DNA of 64,000 nt. Origin: Nemertoderma westbladi. Lineage: Eukaryota; Animalia; Xenacoelomorpha. Where the stretch lies: the NCBI GenBank assembly GCA_032718475.1, contig JAUCBJ010006426.1:1-64000 (forward strand), read 5' to 3'. Position numbers and translations under genes: made by a program. Each line of letters starts with the position of its first letter. Position 1 is the stretch's first letter. The notes below the pieces were generated by a model. It worked only from the letters and a program-made list of their open reading frames with translations. It did no database searches and was not told where the DNA came from. This document shows, one piece after another, positions 62,870-64,000 of this stretch.

Positions 62870-63957
62870 ATGGGAACTGCGTTGCATCGGGAACCTGGGA
62901 GTGGGAAGCAACAGGTTGGAGGGTAGTAGTCGAGGTAACGGGGAGGGAGTTAGTGGTTGGTGGGTGAATGGAGGGGGGGAATAGATATAAATCCCTCCAA
63001 CCAGGACGTCATTGCAACATGTGGGTTCAACGGGGGATTTCATTAATATCAATAACTGGTAGGAACTATAAACTGGGAGAACTATAAGGTTACTACTAAC
63101 TGGAAGGGGCATTCTGGGCGGGTTTACTGTATTTGGTTCAACTCGAATGGGTCCGGTTGGCCAGCTGACCATGCAAAGCCATGTGGTTTATAGGAATATA
63201 ATAAAAGAAATACTCGTCTTCATTATAAGCCTCATTGCATTCGTCCTGTTTTGTATTTAAATATATTTCTTAAACGCAGGCTGACGATCTTTATAATAAT
63301 AATAACTAGGGATGCGTTCAACATGTGAAGCCAGGTGGTTTATATAATAATATAGTCAACACAGTACTCGTCTTCATTATAAGCCTTGTTGTGCTTGTCC
63401 TGTTTTGTATTTAAATAACTTTCCTAAACGAAGACTGATGATCTTTATAACTACAGATGCGTTCAATAGGCGAAACCAGGAATGGTTTATAGGAATATAA
63501 TCAACGCATTACTCGTCTGGGCGGGTTTACTGTATTCGGTTCAACTCGAATGGGTCCCGCCGATTGGCCAGCTGTTCGAGTGATAGTACAGTAAAAGTTT
63601 GGTGGACTGGAACCCAAGAGCTGTTGTACGAATACGGGGGCACAGTGGCAGAGTGGGGGGGTCTATAGACTGGGTTGGGGTCCGGGTGGGGAGTCTGTGG
63701 TGTCGGTAGGTGGGGGGGGGAGGATCCATCATTCGTTGTTGGTACAGGGGAGACCTTGTGGAGACAGGAAGCAACTCATGAGATCCCGAGGATCGTATTG
63801 AGTCCCAACGGGTTGAGAATCGCTGCTGTTGGGTTGAATGGGTTGATTTATATTATAAATTCTGGAACTGGGGAGGTTATCAACCGGATTGAAGGAAAGG
63901 ATGGGAGCCGCATCAAAGCTGTGGATTTCTGTAAAGATAAACGGCATATTATTACAG
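62870..63957 (+). pseudogene. Decayed WD40-repeat coding exons
   Basis: Acceptor TTTCTACAG then (D)GNCVASGT and NPSNQDVIATCG; later SDSTVKVW, IVLSPNGLRIAAVG...IKAVDFCKDKRHIITG ending at donor AG|GTAATT (~63957); stops and frameshifts present. Confidence 0.65.
63113..63560. repeat. Local duplications between the WD40 fragments
   Basis: TCTGGGCGGGTTTACTGTATT(T/C)GGTTCAACTCGAATGGGTCC at ~63113 and ~63517; ~150-bp unit containing TACTCGTCTTCATTATAAGCC at ~63210 and ~63366. Confidence 0.75.
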
Positions 63958-64000
63958 GTAATTAATATACTGATATAATAGGCCTCCTTTATTACAACAA

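Overview
AT-rich eukaryotic (very likely invertebrate animal) DNA made almost entirely of nested, mostly decayed transposable elements; no prokaryotic operons, RNA genes or CRISPR arrays are supported. Recognisable parts: several piggyBac relics plus one full-length piggyBac (26301-29712) whose open transposase ORF carries an RGG-rich insertion; a hAT element (20961-26250) with a Ginger1-type non-autonomous element inserted in its right TIR; fragments of RTE-like, L2/CR1-like and other LINEs; a near full-length CRE-clade retrotransposon (31282-35502); a ~17 kb BEL/Pao LTR retrotransposon with an extra zinc-knuckle ORF where env would sit; and decayed WD40 exons at the right end. The most striking object is an 11.6 kb TIR element (30470-42048; 354-bp TIRs, 5-bp TSD ATAGG). 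It encodes an Academ/DUF6589-like DDE transposase and a convergent accessory protein with a MADS-box-like segment and two PHD fingers, while its TIRs contain an array of CArG boxes, CC(A/T)6GG (six perfect in the left TIR, four perfect plus two single-mismatch in the right), the canonical MADS/SRF binding site. All family assignments come from motif recognition by eye; no database searches were run.
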